The notes: generated by a model from the letters alone, not told the origin. Shown: positions 30,356 to 40,581, counted from the stretch's first letter. The stretch: DNA of 64,000 nucleotides from Nitrosopumilus sp. (GCA_965218695.1 OZ244651.1:1152001-1216000); one strand, 5' to 3'. A program made the numbers and translations.

Positions 30356-32023
30356 ATGGGGCTTAACTATTATCAGATAAAGAGGAACGTGCTTCGGGCC
30401 CGCAAGCTGGTGATACGGGCAACAGGCCTTGCAGGCTCCGGGCATCCGGGTGGCTCGTTTTCCATGGCAGAGATCCTTGGCTGCCTGTTCTACAAGCACC
30501 TGAGGTTTGATCCAAGCAATCCTGAATGGGAGGACCGGGACAGACTAGTACTCTCAAAGGGGCATGCGGCCCCCGGGCTCTTTGCAAACATGGCAGTTGC
30601 AGGATACATCCCAGAGTCGGAGCTTGACACGCTGAGAGAGTTTGGCAGCAGGCTCCAGGGGCATCCCGACCTCAAATGCCCCGGGGTGGAGTTCTGCGGA
30701 GGCTCCCTTGGAACGGGACTCTCCTACTCTGTTGGCGTGGCACTTGCAGCCAAGATAGACTCCAAGGGGCATCATGTCTACACCATAATCGGCGACGGGG
30801 AGTCTGACGAGGGCCAGATATGGGAGGCTGCAATGACTGCTGCAAAGTACAAGACTGACAACCTCACGGTGTTCCTTGACAGGAACTTTATCCAGCAGGA
30901 CTCCTACACCGAAAAGGTGATGCCGCTTGACAGGCATCTTGCAGGCGACGACCCCTCCGAGATGTGGAAGGACTCATCCCGCTGGAGGACCGGCGACAAG
31001 TGGCGCTCCTTCGGGTGGAACGTAATAGAGATAGACGGACACAGAATCGAGCAGGTTGATGCGGCCATCACGCAGGCATACGCAACCAGAGGCGTCCCGA
31101 CAATAATAATATCCCGCACAATAAAGGGCAAGTCAGTCGAGCACATGGAGGACAATCCGCAGTGGCACGGCAAGGCTCCTGCACCTGACACCATCCCAAT
31201 GATCAACCAGGAGCTGGACTCGCAGTTCATGATAGCCCCCTCCATAATTGCAGGGGACATGAACGACCTGCCCGGCGAGGTGGAGCGGTGCGTCTCGGGA
31301 AGGGCAGACTATATCCACCTTGACGTCATGGACGGAAAGTTTGTCCCCAACCGCACCTTTGACCACACCGCCATACGGGACCTCAGGCCCCTTACAGTAA
31401 TCCCCTTTGACACCCATCTCATGATAAACGACCCGGAACTGCACGTCCCTGACTACATCCGTGCAGGCAGCGACATCATCACGGTCCATGCCGAGGTGAC
31501 TGACAGGGACTCCTTTGGCAGAATATGCGACACCCTCAGGCAGAGCATGGTTGGCGTGGGCCTTGCAATCAACCCTGACACGGAGCTTCCAGAGTGGTCC
31601 TACCCATTCCTGCCCATAATCGACCAGCTCATAGTGATGTCTGTAGTTCCCGGAAGGTCAGGCCAGAAGTACATTGAGGAGACGCATGACAAGATGGCCC
31701 GCCTGGTCCCCCTCCTGCAGAGTAACGGCTTTGCAGGATACATTGAGGCCGACGGCGGCATCAACCAGGACAACATAGGCTCCGCGTTTGCCGACGGCGC
31801 CCGCGCCTTTGTCGGGGGAGGAGCCATCATAGGCAGGTCCGACGTGCCGGAGGCGATCCGGGAGTTCCGGGACAGAACCGTCGAGTCTAAAAGGAGGATC
31901 CTTCTTGCAAGGGCCCACTCCCTCGGGGGTGCAGACCTTGTCCGCAAGTGGATCGACCTGCACGTGGTGGGCTTAAAAAAAGAGCAGATAGAGGCACTGG
32001 CACAGGAGGCACAATACCTTTGA
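30356..32023 (+). CDS. Transketolase N-terminal subunit fused to ribulose-phosphate 3-epimerase
   Basis: SGHPGG, GDGESDEG...N (TPP motif), followed by IAPSII, HLDVMDG, DTHLM, MSVVPG, ADGG (Rpe). Confidence 0.93.
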   Translation: MGLNYYQIKRNVLRARKLVIRATGLAGSGHPGGSFSMAEILGCLFYKHLRFDPSNPEWEDRDRLVLSKGHAAPGLFANMAVAGYIPESELDTLREFGSRLQGHPDLKCPGVEFCGGSLGTGLSYSVGVALAAKIDSKGHHVYTIIGDGESDEGQIWEAAMTAAKYKTDNLTVFLDRNFIQQDSYTEKVMPLDRHLAGDDPSEMWKDSSRWRTGDKWRSFGWNVIEIDGHRIEQVDAAITQAYATRGVPTIIISRTIKGKSVEHMEDNPQWHGKAPAPDTIPMINQELDSQFMIAPSIIAGDMNDLPGEVERCVSGRADYIHLDVMDGKFVPNRTFDHTAIRDLRPLTVIPFDTHLMINDPELHVPDYIRAGSDIITVHAEVTDRDSFGRICDTLRQSMVGVGLAINPDTELPEWSYPFLPIIDQLIVMSVVPGRSGQKYIEETHDKMARLVPLLQSNGFAGYIEADGGINQDNIGSAFADGARAFVGGGAIIGRSDVPEAIREFRDRTVESKRRILLARAHSLGGADLVRKWIDLHVVGLKKEQIEALAQEAQYL

Positions 32024-32997
32024 GCAGCAGCAGGCCTGTCATGACTGACATGCGCTCAGAGTACTCCCGGGCACTCATCAGGACAGGAAGGACAAATGAC
32101 AGGATAGTGGTGCTCGGCGCCGACACGACTGACTCCCTGAAGACTGCCGGGTTTGGCAAAGAGTTTCCCGACAGGTTCTTCAACGTGGGAATTGCCGAGG
32201 CAAACCTTGTTACGGTGTCTGCGGGGCTTGCAGCATCCGGCAAGATCCCATTTGCAAGCACGTACGCCATATTCCTTCCGGGCAGGGCAGTAGACCAGAT
32301 ACGAAACAACATAGCATATCCGTCCCCGTCCGGGAAAAATGGACTCAACGTAAAGCTGGTGGTGTCCCACGGAGGCCTCTCAGTCGGGCCCGACGGGGGA
32401 TCGCACCAGCAGATAGAGGACATTGCCATCATGCGGGCGGTTCCCAACTTTTCTGTGTTCATTCCGGCAGACACCGTTGCAGTCTCTGCACTGATCGACG
32501 TGATGGCATCAAGTTATGGGCCGTTTTACATGAGGATGTCAAGATCAAAGACCCCCCTGGTACACCCCGAGTCCCAGGAGTTCCGGACAGGCAGGGGCAT
32601 AACGGTCAGGGACGGCTCTGACTGCACCATTGTATCATGCGGAATAACCGTGCACATGGCGCTTGAGGCAGCTGACATGCTGCAGAAGAGCGGTATATCC
32701 TGCCGCGTCCTTGACATGTTCTGCGTAAAGCCGATAGACTCTGCGTTGTTGGAAAAGGCCGCGCGCCAGACAGGATGCATCGTGACTGCAGAGGAGCACA
32801 ACATCCTTGGGGGCATGGGCTCTGCAGTTGCAGAATCGGTATCAGAATCGCACCCCGTGCCGGTCAAAAGGGTGGGGGTGATGGACATGTTTGGCGAGTC
32901 TGCGCGCGACGGGGAGATCCCGCTCCTGTTTGAAAAGCACGGAATCACACCGTTTAATATGGCAAAGCAGGCTACCCTTCTGAGGGAAAAGCTATGA
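32020..32997 (+). CDS. Transketolase C-terminal subunit
   Basis: NVGIAEAN, GPDGGSHQ, EEHNILGGMG. Confidence 0.95.
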   Translation: MSSSRPVMTDMRSEYSRALIRTGRTNDRIVVLGADTTDSLKTAGFGKEFPDRFFNVGIAEANLVTVSAGLAASGKIPFASTYAIFLPGRAVDQIRNNIAYPSPSGKNGLNVKLVVSHGGLSVGPDGGSHQQIEDIAIMRAVPNFSVFIPADTVAVSALIDVMASSYGPFYMRMSRSKTPLVHPESQEFRTGRGITVRDGSDCTIVSCGITVHMALEAADMLQKSGISCRVLDMFCVKPIDSALLEKAARQTGCIVTAEEHNILGGMGSAVAESVSESHPVPVKRVGVMDMFGESARDGEIPLLFEKHGITPFNMAKQATLLREKL

Positions 32998-33659
32998 AGA
33001 TATTTCTTGATACTGCCAACCTGGAATCCATCAGAAGGTTCAACGACATGGGGCTGCTGGACGGCATCACTACAAACCCGTCACTGCTCTCAAAGGAGGG
33101 CGGCAACCCCACGGAGGTGATGGCCCAGATTGCCCAGATTGTCAGCGGCCCTGTAAGCCTGGAGGTGATCAGTACCGACTATGACGGGATGCTTGAGGAG
33201 GGCAGGAGACTCTACGAATACGGCAAGGGAGTGGTAGTCAAGGTTCCGATGACCCCTGACGGCCTGAAGGCGTGCAGGACCATGTCTGCAGACGGCGTTC
33301 CTGTGAATGTGACTTTGGTATTTTCTGCCAACCAGGCCCTGCTTGCGGCAAAGGCGGGGGCTACATACGTGAGTCCGTTCATCGGCAGGCTTGATGACGT
33401 GGGCCAGGACGGCATGCAGCTGATACGGGAGATCAGGGAGATATTTGCAAACTATTCGTTTAAGACGCAGATCCTTGTGGCCAGCGTGCGCCACCCTCTG
33501 CACGTAGTCCAGGCCGCCCGGGTAGGCGCAGACGTGGTGACGCTGCCCCCTGCGGTACTTGACAAGATGATGAAGCACCCCCTGACCAAGATTGGACTGG
33601 AGAGCTTTCTTGCAGACTGGGAGAAGATTCGAAAGGGTGATCCTGAAGTCAGGATCTGA
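32994..33659 (+). CDS. tal: Transaldolase (FSA/TalC type)
   Basis: FLDTAN, GITTNPSL, VVKVP, NVTLVFS, SPFIGRLDD, ASVR. Confidence 0.95.
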   Translation: MKIFLDTANLESIRRFNDMGLLDGITTNPSLLSKEGGNPTEVMAQIAQIVSGPVSLEVISTDYDGMLEEGRRLYEYGKGVVVKVPMTPDGLKACRTMSADGVPVNVTLVFSANQALLAAKAGATYVSPFIGRLDDVGQDGMQLIREIREIFANYSFKTQILVASVRHPLHVVQAARVGADVVTLPPAVLDKMMKHPLTKIGLESFLADWEKIRKGDPEVRI

Positions 33660-33682
33660 ATGAAAAAATTCTAAAAAAAGTT

Positions 33683-33949
33683 CTACTTGGTACCCTTGCT
33701 CTTTCTTGAACCGGTGCCTCTTCCTGTAACACGAGTCATTCCTTTCGTGGAAGGCGCCGCCTTTGGGTCCGGCATGTCTCCGAGCTTTCTTGAACCGGTG
33801 CCCCTGCCGGTATGAACAATTCTGTTTGCAGCCTCTTTCTTTCTTGCTGCCTGAATCTTTTTAAATTCGTCTCCAGACCATTTCTTTGGATCGTCGTCAA
33901 CTTCGATTGTTCCAGTGCCTCTGCCGGTTCGTATTTTGATTTTTCCCAT
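33683..33949 (-). CDS. Small basic protein with three TGRGTG repeats
   Basis: 88-aa ORF; TATA-like element upstream; T-rich tract downstream. Confidence 0.8.
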   Translation of the reverse strand: MGKIKIRTGRGTGTIEVDDDPKKWSGDEFKKIQAARKKEAANRIVHTGRGTGSRKLGDMPDPKAAPSTKGMTRVTGRGTGSRKSKGTK

Positions 33950-34246
33950 GTTTTATATTAAAACCTCTTGTATTTATCTACTTGTTGTCTTGGGAACTGC
34001 ATACAAGGATCCACACAGCCAGCCGGCCGTTTGGGAATACGAATGCGTGGCACCCTGCTTTCACTGACCGGCCCGTTCCCCCATGATACAGAGGGAATGC
34101 CGGGCAGAAACCCTGTCTGGGCCCTCATGTTGCCCTTCTGGCCGAATGAGTATGCCAGGACCGCATAGGAGGCACGGTGGAATGATCCGAACCATTCCAT
34201 GCTTGGCTGATGATGATGATGGTGATGGTGGTGATGGTGATGATGT

Positions 34247-35248
34247 CTACTTGCTTATCCAACCCAGTTTTCTAAAGTAGATGAACATCAGGGTTGCAGG
34301 AATTATCGAGGCCACGATGATGATTGTAAATGCAGTGAGCGGTCCGAACAGCATGGCGTCTGAACCCGGCAGGCTGACGTTCATTCCATAGAATGTCCCG
34401 ATTACGGTTGCAGGTATCGCCAGGGTGAATATGATGGTCAGCATTCCCAGCACCTTGTTGGTCTTTTCTGTGCTCAGCACAAAGTCCGTATCCTTGTAGA
34501 TCTCCATGGTCTCCCTTGACTCCTCTAGAGTCTCAATCACCTTGTCTATGTGGTCTATCACGTCGTCAAAGTACAGGCCAAGTTCCTTGTCGCCCCCCTC
34601 CGAGAGCCTCTCGACTCCCCTTGCAATCTCTTGTACGAATTTTTTGAGCGGGTTTGCCATCCTCCTCAACCTGTTGATCTCCCTTCTGAGCAGCGCGATG
34701 CTTCTTGCCACCGACTTTGCCTCGTCAAATACCCCGTCCTCCATCTCGTCCAGGTTTGCTATTATCTTTCGCGACGTGTGCAGAAGATCATCCACCAAGA
34801 CGTCTATAATCTTGTGCAGCATTGTTCCGGGAGACATCGATGCCTGCTCCTTGTCAGAGTCCCTGTAGGATTCTGCAAACTCGACTAGCGGGCCTAGGTC
34901 CCCCTGGTGCACGGTTATCAGAAAGTCTCTTCCGGCAAAGACTGACAGCTGGCTGTTCCTTGACACTCCGGTCTTTTGTGTCAGGGGCGGAAAGTGCAGG
35001 ATTACAAAAAAGTGATCACCATAGCTGTCAAGCTTTGGAAGCTCAAACCTCGTAAGGCAGTCCTCCACGTTGAGCATGTTCAGGCGGTACTCCTCTGCCA
35101 CCTTCTCCATGTACTGCCTGTCGGGGTTTTGAAGGTTCAGCCATGTGAACCGCGTACCTTTTATCCTTTCGTTCTTTTGGACGCCCCCGGCATCCTCTAG
35201 TGGCTTCTTGTTGTGCCGCAGCTTGTTTGATATGAATCCCTTCCTCAA
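34247..35248 (-). CDS. corA: CorA-family Mg2+ transporter
   Basis: YGMN signature, two C-terminal TM helices. Confidence 0.95.
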   Translation of the reverse strand: MRKGFISNKLRHNKKPLEDAGGVQKNERIKGTRFTWLNLQNPDRQYMEKVAEEYRLNMLNVEDCLTRFELPKLDSYGDHFFVILHFPPLTQKTGVSRNSQLSVFAGRDFLITVHQGDLGPLVEFAESYRDSDKEQASMSPGTMLHKIIDVLVDDLLHTSRKIIANLDEMEDGVFDEAKSVARSIALLRREINRLRRMANPLKKFVQEIARGVERLSEGGDKELGLYFDDVIDHIDKVIETLEESRETMEIYKDTDFVLSTEKTNKVLGMLTIIFTLAIPATVIGTFYGMNVSLPGSDAMLFGPLTAFTIIIVASIIPATLMFIYFRKLGWISK

Positions 35249-35319
35249 GTCGAAGAATACCCTGTTGCAACAAATTTAAAGCGATCGTTCATGCCGCGCG
35301 GATACGTGCAACCGGCCTA

Positions 35320-35400
35320 CTACTTGAACGGAAGCAGCTCGTTCATTCCGATCCACACGATGACAAGGGCCACGCCCATTCCAATCCACCATAACCGCAT
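35320..35400 (-). CDS. Putative 26-aa single-TM microprotein
   Basis: Manual translation MRLWWIGMGVALVIVWIGMNELLPFK followed by TAG TAG; TTTATTATTA ~21-30 nt upstream. Confidence 0.55.
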   Translation of the reverse strand: MRLWWIGMGVALVIVWIGMNELLPFK

Positions 35401-35634
35401 ACATCAAATCAAAAACTAGCTAATAATAAATCTAAAGTCCGGGTATCCCGGAGCGGTTCCCTTGGAACGAGCGGTTCAGTCGAACACTTGATGTGACCGG
35501 GCACCACGGCACGGGTCGCCTCAAAGACCTGGCATGACTGCAGAATCCACCCTTTCCAGGCAAACCCCGTGCCTGACTACATACGTACCACGAACTCAAA
35601 GATTATTACGGGAGGGTTGCAGTCCTATTCTGGT

Positions 35635-35707
35635 GGCCCTCGTAGTACAGTGGTGAGTATAGGGGATTGTGGATCCCCGGACAGGGGTTCGATTCCCCTC
35701 GAGGGCC
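35635..35707 (+). tRNA. tRNA-His(GTG)
   Basis: Acceptor GCCCTCG/CGAGGGC with encoded G-1; anticodon arm GGGGA-TTGTGGA-TCCCC; GGTTCGATTCC T arm. Confidence 0.95.
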
Positions 35708-35775
35708 TACACAAATCATCATCCTGCATTGGCATGGTGCGTTTGGCATGTATGGTGGTTTCTGGGGGTTGCAGG

Positions 35776-36333
35776 CTAGTTGAATGGGGCAGAAGAGAAT
35801 GTGATGTACTCCTGGTTGAGAACCACCGCAGACACAGTGTCACCGGATGCCAGATTCAGCTTTTGAAGCCCTGCAACCGTCCCGTAAAACAGCGCATAAT
35901 CCAGCTCGGCATCACTAATCTGGGGACTGTACAGCAGATAGTATTGTCCCTCCCCTGCGTCTATGGCATAGGCAAATCCGTCAAGCGGTTGCTCATAGAT
36001 GTGGTCTACCTCCGTCGATTCTGGAGCATGCACTATGACCGGTCTGGTGTCGCCAAGCTGCATCTCTACGATGCCGATTATCTGCCCCGTTCCCTTTACC
36101 ACCTGTCCATTATATGCCGAGTTGTACATGACCAACTCTTCATAACTCACATCCTTTCGAGCCAGCTGCTCAAGTCTATCAAGCGAAGAAGTCCACATCT
36201 GTTCTTCTATCATGTTTATTGCCGTGTAGAATAGTGCCGCGCCGGCTACTGCTATAACCGCGATGATGATTCCTGTGATGATGCCAACCTTTGCTATTAA
36301 TCTCACTGTCTGGCCGTACCCGTACCCCATCAT
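35776..36333 (-). CDS. Hypothetical membrane-anchored protein
   Basis: N-terminal TM helix, acidic extracellular domain; start uncertain. Confidence 0.6.
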   Translation of the reverse strand: MMGYGYGQTVRLIAKVGIITGIIIAVIAVAGAALFYTAINMIEEQMWTSSLDRLEQLARKDVSYEELVMYNSAYNGQVVKGTGQIIGIVEMQLGDTRPVIVHAPESTEVDHIYEQPLDGFAYAIDAGEGQYYLLYSPQISDAELDYALFYGTVAGLQKLNLASGDTVSAVVLNQEYITFSSAPFN

Positions 36334-36697
36334 AATAATCCATGTGAGGCAGTAACGATCCACATCGATGCACGTTCTGGTCAATTTTCGGGCATAGATC
36401 TAAAACCTATGCACCTGTTCTGGTATACGCAGAATTTCTATCTCAGAACGCAGAACCGTAAGCAGTATCATGCCATCATGCAACAAGGCTCGGGGGGGGG
36501 AGAGGAGGAGGGAATGCAGATCTGAGTGATTACTCATCCCGGCAAGATATGGGCAGTAGTCGTCTGACCTGATGGGAAATCCAACATTATTCTGTTTGCC
36601 ACCGCCTTGTTAGTGATTCATGCAGTGATGTCGCCATACCGGGATTCAACATAGCCCATACGCGCACAAATCCATGGTAGTGATGCAGCAGCCGGTA

Positions 36698-37045
36698 CTA
36701 GAATATGCCGTACTTGCTTGATTCCATCTCTTCTTTGATGGCAAGCTTGAATCTGGGGGATTTTGACTCCACATTCCTTGTAAGCCATGTCAGGAACTTC
36801 TTCTCGATGGTCTTACCCTTCAGGGCGTTATAGTCTGGCCCCATCGTCTCTGCCAGCTTTTGAATGAGCGTTCTGTTGACACCTAGGACAAAAAAGTGCC
36901 ATCCAAACGCAAACTCCGAATCTGTCATGGCAAACTCGTCTTCTGCGTGGACCATCTCCTCTAGCAGGGCAAGCTGGTGTATGAGTGCCTTGCTAGTCTT
37001 GTCGTAATCGACTGCAGATACGTTGATGTTGAGCCTGCCTTCCAT
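36698..37045 (-). CDS. Hypothetical protein
   Basis: MEGRLNINVSAVDY...SKYGIF; host-like codon usage. Confidence 0.7.
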   Translation of the reverse strand: MEGRLNINVSAVDYDKTSKALIHQLALLEEMVHAEDEFAMTDSEFAFGWHFFVLGVNRTLIQKLAETMGPDYNALKGKTIEKKFLTWLTRNVESKSPRFKLAIKEEMESSKYGIF

Positions 37046-37504
37046 ATGTTGTATTCCGCTGTACAAAATAAAAGGATTCCATATGTTGTGTTTCACTGCA
37101 TTCTCCAAAACTGTTCCCCCAATTAGCGTGCAGACACGGAGTGGTCTTGCATGACTTGGGATATTTGGGATGGCGGTGACGGTGCAGTGTAGCCCACAAA
37201 AGTGACTGGCATGGTCATGATTGAAGACAAATGTGTGAGGGGTCGGATCTATGAGATCCGGATGATATTGTCAAATAGAAAATCTGCAAGTGCCATGATG
37301 AATCTAGAGCGGACAAGGACGTTCCTTGTATGGCGTGGGCAATTCTTCTGTTGGTGACATAGATTCTGGCATACCGAGAATATTTTTATGCGTATATGCG
37401 GTACCTTCCCACAATGAGCGTACATCTTCAGCCCATGCCGGCCACAGACACGAATCATGCCTGTTGGTCATTTGTCAGGATATTGACTAGATGATTCTGA
37501 GGGT

Positions 37505-39562
37505 ATGCTGATGAAATATGTGGTGAATGTGTCAACTACACTGGGAAGGGGATTCAAACTGTTAATTCTGCCCGTATTGCTTGTCCTTGTTGTTGTGCCT
37601 GCATCATCGGAGGCTCAGACGGATATGGAACCATTTGTCACCACTTGGCGGATCAATGGCCCTGGCGAGCCGATAACAATCCCGGTAGGCGGCACCACCG
37701 GCACGTACACAATCGATTGGGGTGACGGAACCGTGTCTGCTGATGTGTCCGGAGATCAGACGCACACATACGACACTGCCGGAGACTACACGATCCAGAT
37801 ATACGGTGACTTTACAAGGATTACGCTTGACGAGAACCCATCCGTCGCGCAAAAACTGTTGTCGATAGACCAGTGGGGCGATATCCAATGGATCACAATG
37901 AACTCGGCATTTGTGGGAGCCTCAAGCATGACATACAATGCAATCGATGCACCGGATCTCTCGGCTGTTACTGACATGTCTTCGATGTTTGAAGGCGCCT
38001 CCTCCTTCAACGGCGACCTCTCCGACTGGGACGTCTCAAATGTTGTCAACATGACAAGTACGTTCTCTCAGGCTTCTTACTTCAACGGCGACCTCTCCGA
38101 CTGGGACGTCTCAAATGTTGTCAACATGACAAGTACGTTCTCTCAGGCTTCTTACTTCAACGGCGACCTCTCCGACTGGGACGTCTCGCAGGTCACCGAC
38201 ATGACAAGTACGTTCTCTCAGGCTTCTTACTTCAACGGCGACCTCTCCGACTGGGACGTCTCGCAGGTCACCGACATGACAAGTACGTTCTCTCAGGCTT
38301 CTTACTTCAACGGCGACCTCTCCGACTGGGACGTCTCGCAGGTCACCGACATGGAGAGCATGTTTGAAAATACACCCTTCTTCAACGGCGACCTCTCCGA
38401 CTGGGACGTCTCGCAGGTTACCCGCATGACTAGCATGTTCGAAGATGCGCCCTTCTTCAACGGCGACGTCTCCGACTGGGACGTCTCAAACGTGACTAAC
38501 ATGCGAGATATGTTCTCCGGCGCCTCCTCCTTCGCCGGCGACGTCTCCGACTGGGACGTCTCGCAGGTTACCAGCATGAATAGCATGTTCGAAGATGCGC
38601 CCTCCTTCGACGGCGACGTCTCCGACTGGGACGTCTCAAACGTGACTAACATGCGAGGTATGTTCGCCGGCGCCTCCTCCTTCAACGGCGACGTCTCCGA
38701 CTGGGACATCTCAAATGTTGCCAACATGGAGTTCATGTTTGCTGGTGCCAGCATGTTTGATCAGAACCTAGGTAGCTGGTACATCACACTTGACAATACC
38801 ACAATTGACGATGGCGGTGCCACAGGGGTGGTTGGAGGCATCACCGCGCAAAACTCTCATCTTGACATGCAGGCGCTCACGTATGACATCGGCTCAGGAG
38901 GAGACTCTGACTCCTTTGTTATTGATCGCTCCATCCTCAAGCTTCAGTCGATTCCAGGGCATGCTACAAAACCAACCTATACTGTCAACATAACCTCTAC
39001 AGGGGTTTTTGGCACGGGAAACTTCCGAGTATTTGAAATAACTGCAACCGGAGTACCCAACAACCCGTCCCCGGTCTTGGCTGACACACTCCTTCCTGAT
39101 GCCCCACAGAACCTACGCGCCTCCCTCACCTCAAATTCTGTGACCCTGATTTGGAATCCATCCAATGACGATTCCATTACTGGATACAAGATTTTCTCAC
39201 GGACTCCTGTAGCAATCTCCATAATTTCAGTGCCGGTTGCAGACATGGACAGCACAGGCAGCTCGTATGCCGTTGAGGGTCTTGAGCCGGACACCTCCTA
39301 TGTCTTTTGGATAGTTGCCATCAACGAACACGGGCAATCAGACCACTCCAACCTTGTCAGTTCCACTACAAAACCCCCTGCTGACACAGCTGCCACAACA
39401 CTCACACCGGTTGAGCGGAGCGATGCCCAAGACCATACCGTCAACAGCCAAACGTGCAGAAACGTGCAGCATATACAGGCCCAAACGCCAAACGGCTATA
39501 CGGCATGCGTGTATGAGAGTACAGCTGTAAATCTTGGGTGGATCATAATAAATCCCGAATGA
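37505..39562 (+). CDS. Secreted BspA/DUF285 repeat surface protein (PKD-like, DUF285 repeats, cadherin-like, FN3)
   Basis: Signal peptide; YTIDWGDG; repeats FNGDLSDWDVS.V..M..MF; PDAPQNL..SVTLIW..L.PDTSY (FN3). Confidence 0.9.
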   Translation: MLMKYVVNVSTTLGRGFKLLILPVLLVLVVVPASSEAQTDMEPFVTTWRINGPGEPITIPVGGTTGTYTIDWGDGTVSADVSGDQTHTYDTAGDYTIQIYGDFTRITLDENPSVAQKLLSIDQWGDIQWITMNSAFVGASSMTYNAIDAPDLSAVTDMSSMFEGASSFNGDLSDWDVSNVVNMTSTFSQASYFNGDLSDWDVSNVVNMTSTFSQASYFNGDLSDWDVSQVTDMTSTFSQASYFNGDLSDWDVSQVTDMTSTFSQASYFNGDLSDWDVSQVTDMESMFENTPFFNGDLSDWDVSQVTRMTSMFEDAPFFNGDVSDWDVSNVTNMRDMFSGASSFAGDVSDWDVSQVTSMNSMFEDAPSFDGDVSDWDVSNVTNMRGMFAGASSFNGDVSDWDISNVANMEFMFAGASMFDQNLGSWYITLDNTTIDDGGATGVVGGITAQNSHLDMQALTYDIGSGGDSDSFVIDRSILKLQSIPGHATKPTYTVNITSTGVFGTGNFRVFEITATGVPNNPSPVLADTLLPDAPQNLRASLTSNSVTLIWNPSNDDSITGYKIFSRTPVAISIISVPVADMDSTGSSYAVEGLEPDTSYVFWIVAINEHGQSDHSNLVSSTTKPPADTAATTLTPVERSDAQDHTVNSQTCRNVQHIQAQTPNGYTACVYESTAVNLGWIIINPE
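38006..38755 (+). repeat. 75-bp coding tandem repeat, ~10 units
   Basis: TTCAACGGCGAC(C/G)TCTCCGACTGGGACGTCTC, with minor variants, recurs every 75 bp from 38006 to 38681. Confidence 0.95.
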
Positions 39563-39777
39563 CAAGGATACTGGACCTTCAGAGGATGATAGACGCATTT
39601 GGCACAACCCCGGACATCCTGCAGGAGACCTTCAAGTTCCAAAAGGGCGACTGGTTGGTTGTCGGCCATGATGCTACGGGACTCAAGTCAGTACCGATAC
39701 ACGCAGATAATACAGAGGCGGGGATACGGGACGGGAAAACTCCCTTGGGGCATATCCGGCCCCAGCATCTAGGGTGA
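39559..39777 (+). pseudogene. Short gene remnant, possibly the C-terminus of a HerA-like ATPase
   Basis: AFGTTPDILQETFKFQKGDWLVVGHDATGL reads as real protein sequence; family assignment is from memory only. Confidence 0.3.
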
Positions 39778-39825
39778 GTATCCGGCAGGACTGTCACAGA
39801 ATCCGGATGCCTGCGATTCTCAGAA

Positions 39826-40581
39826 TCACTCCAGCAGGTGTTCAAAGTCTATGTCAAAGTTCATCTTCATGAGCTTGACGTACGTCCTGATGGATTCTGG
39901 CACCTCATCCCCGCATGCAACGCCGAGCCTTTTTGCATTCGTCCATATCACCAGCGTCTGTATGATGGTCAGAAACCTGTCATTCTTTACATCAGGCGAG
40001 CCTGTGGCCTTTGTGTACCTCTCGGCAAACTCCCAGGCCGTGACAAAATCCACACATCTTACCCCAAACACTGCGAGCACCTGCTTCTGGACGCTTGCAG
40101 CCTTCCTGAACGGCGCCCTGTTGATGATGTACGGGAATCTCACACCATCCGGAAGGCATCCGGGCAGTGGGCCCCACACGGTCACCACCTTGGTTCCGGG
40201 ACTCAGCGTCTCAAACCTTTTCATCATGGCATCTGTGACATCTTCGTCTGCAAACCAAAACAGCACCACCGTGGCATCTGAGATGTCTGCCTCCCTGACA
40301 TCGCTGCACACCATCTGCACCCTGTCCCTGTCCCCCAGGCCAGCCTGTGCAAGGCGTATCTTCTCTGCACTGTTGTCTACCCCGACTGCCCGTGCGGCCT
40401 GGAACTCGTCTGTTGCAATACACGCACTCCTTGCATCCCCGCACCCCAGATGATAAAAGACATCACCTGGACCCAGTTCCACAAACCGAAAGATCTCCCT
40501 TAGCATCTTATCTGATACCAGTATGTCTTCCCCGCTAAGCAGGTTCTCTGGCAGCGTCTGGAGGTACTCTTCTATTTTCAA
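39826..40581 (-). CDS. Class I SAM-dependent methyltransferase
   Basis: FYHLGCGD motif I, AVGVD, ADISDATVV. Confidence 0.85.
   Translation of the reverse strand: MKIEEYLQTLPENLLSGEDILVSDKMLREIFRFVELGPGDVFYHLGCGDARSACIATDEFQAARAVGVDNSAEKIRLAQAGLGDRDRVQMVCSDVREADISDATVVLFWFADEDVTDAMMKRFETLSPGTKVVTVWGPLPGCLPDGVRFPYIINRAPFRKAASVQKQVLAVFGVRCVDFVTAWEFAERYTKATGSPDVKNDRFLTIIQTLVIWTNAKRLGVACGDEVPESIRTYVKLMKMNFDIDFEHLLE

Noticed and set aside
38006-38755. Conserved ~32-bp core with ~43-bp variable segments looks like a CRISPR array
   Set aside because: The period is exactly 25 codons inside an open DUF285 ORF, the 'spacers' are homologous to each other, and no cas genes are present.
35635-39800. Integrated element at tRNA-His
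   Set aside because: No integrase and no duplicated tRNA 3' end found by eye in the window.
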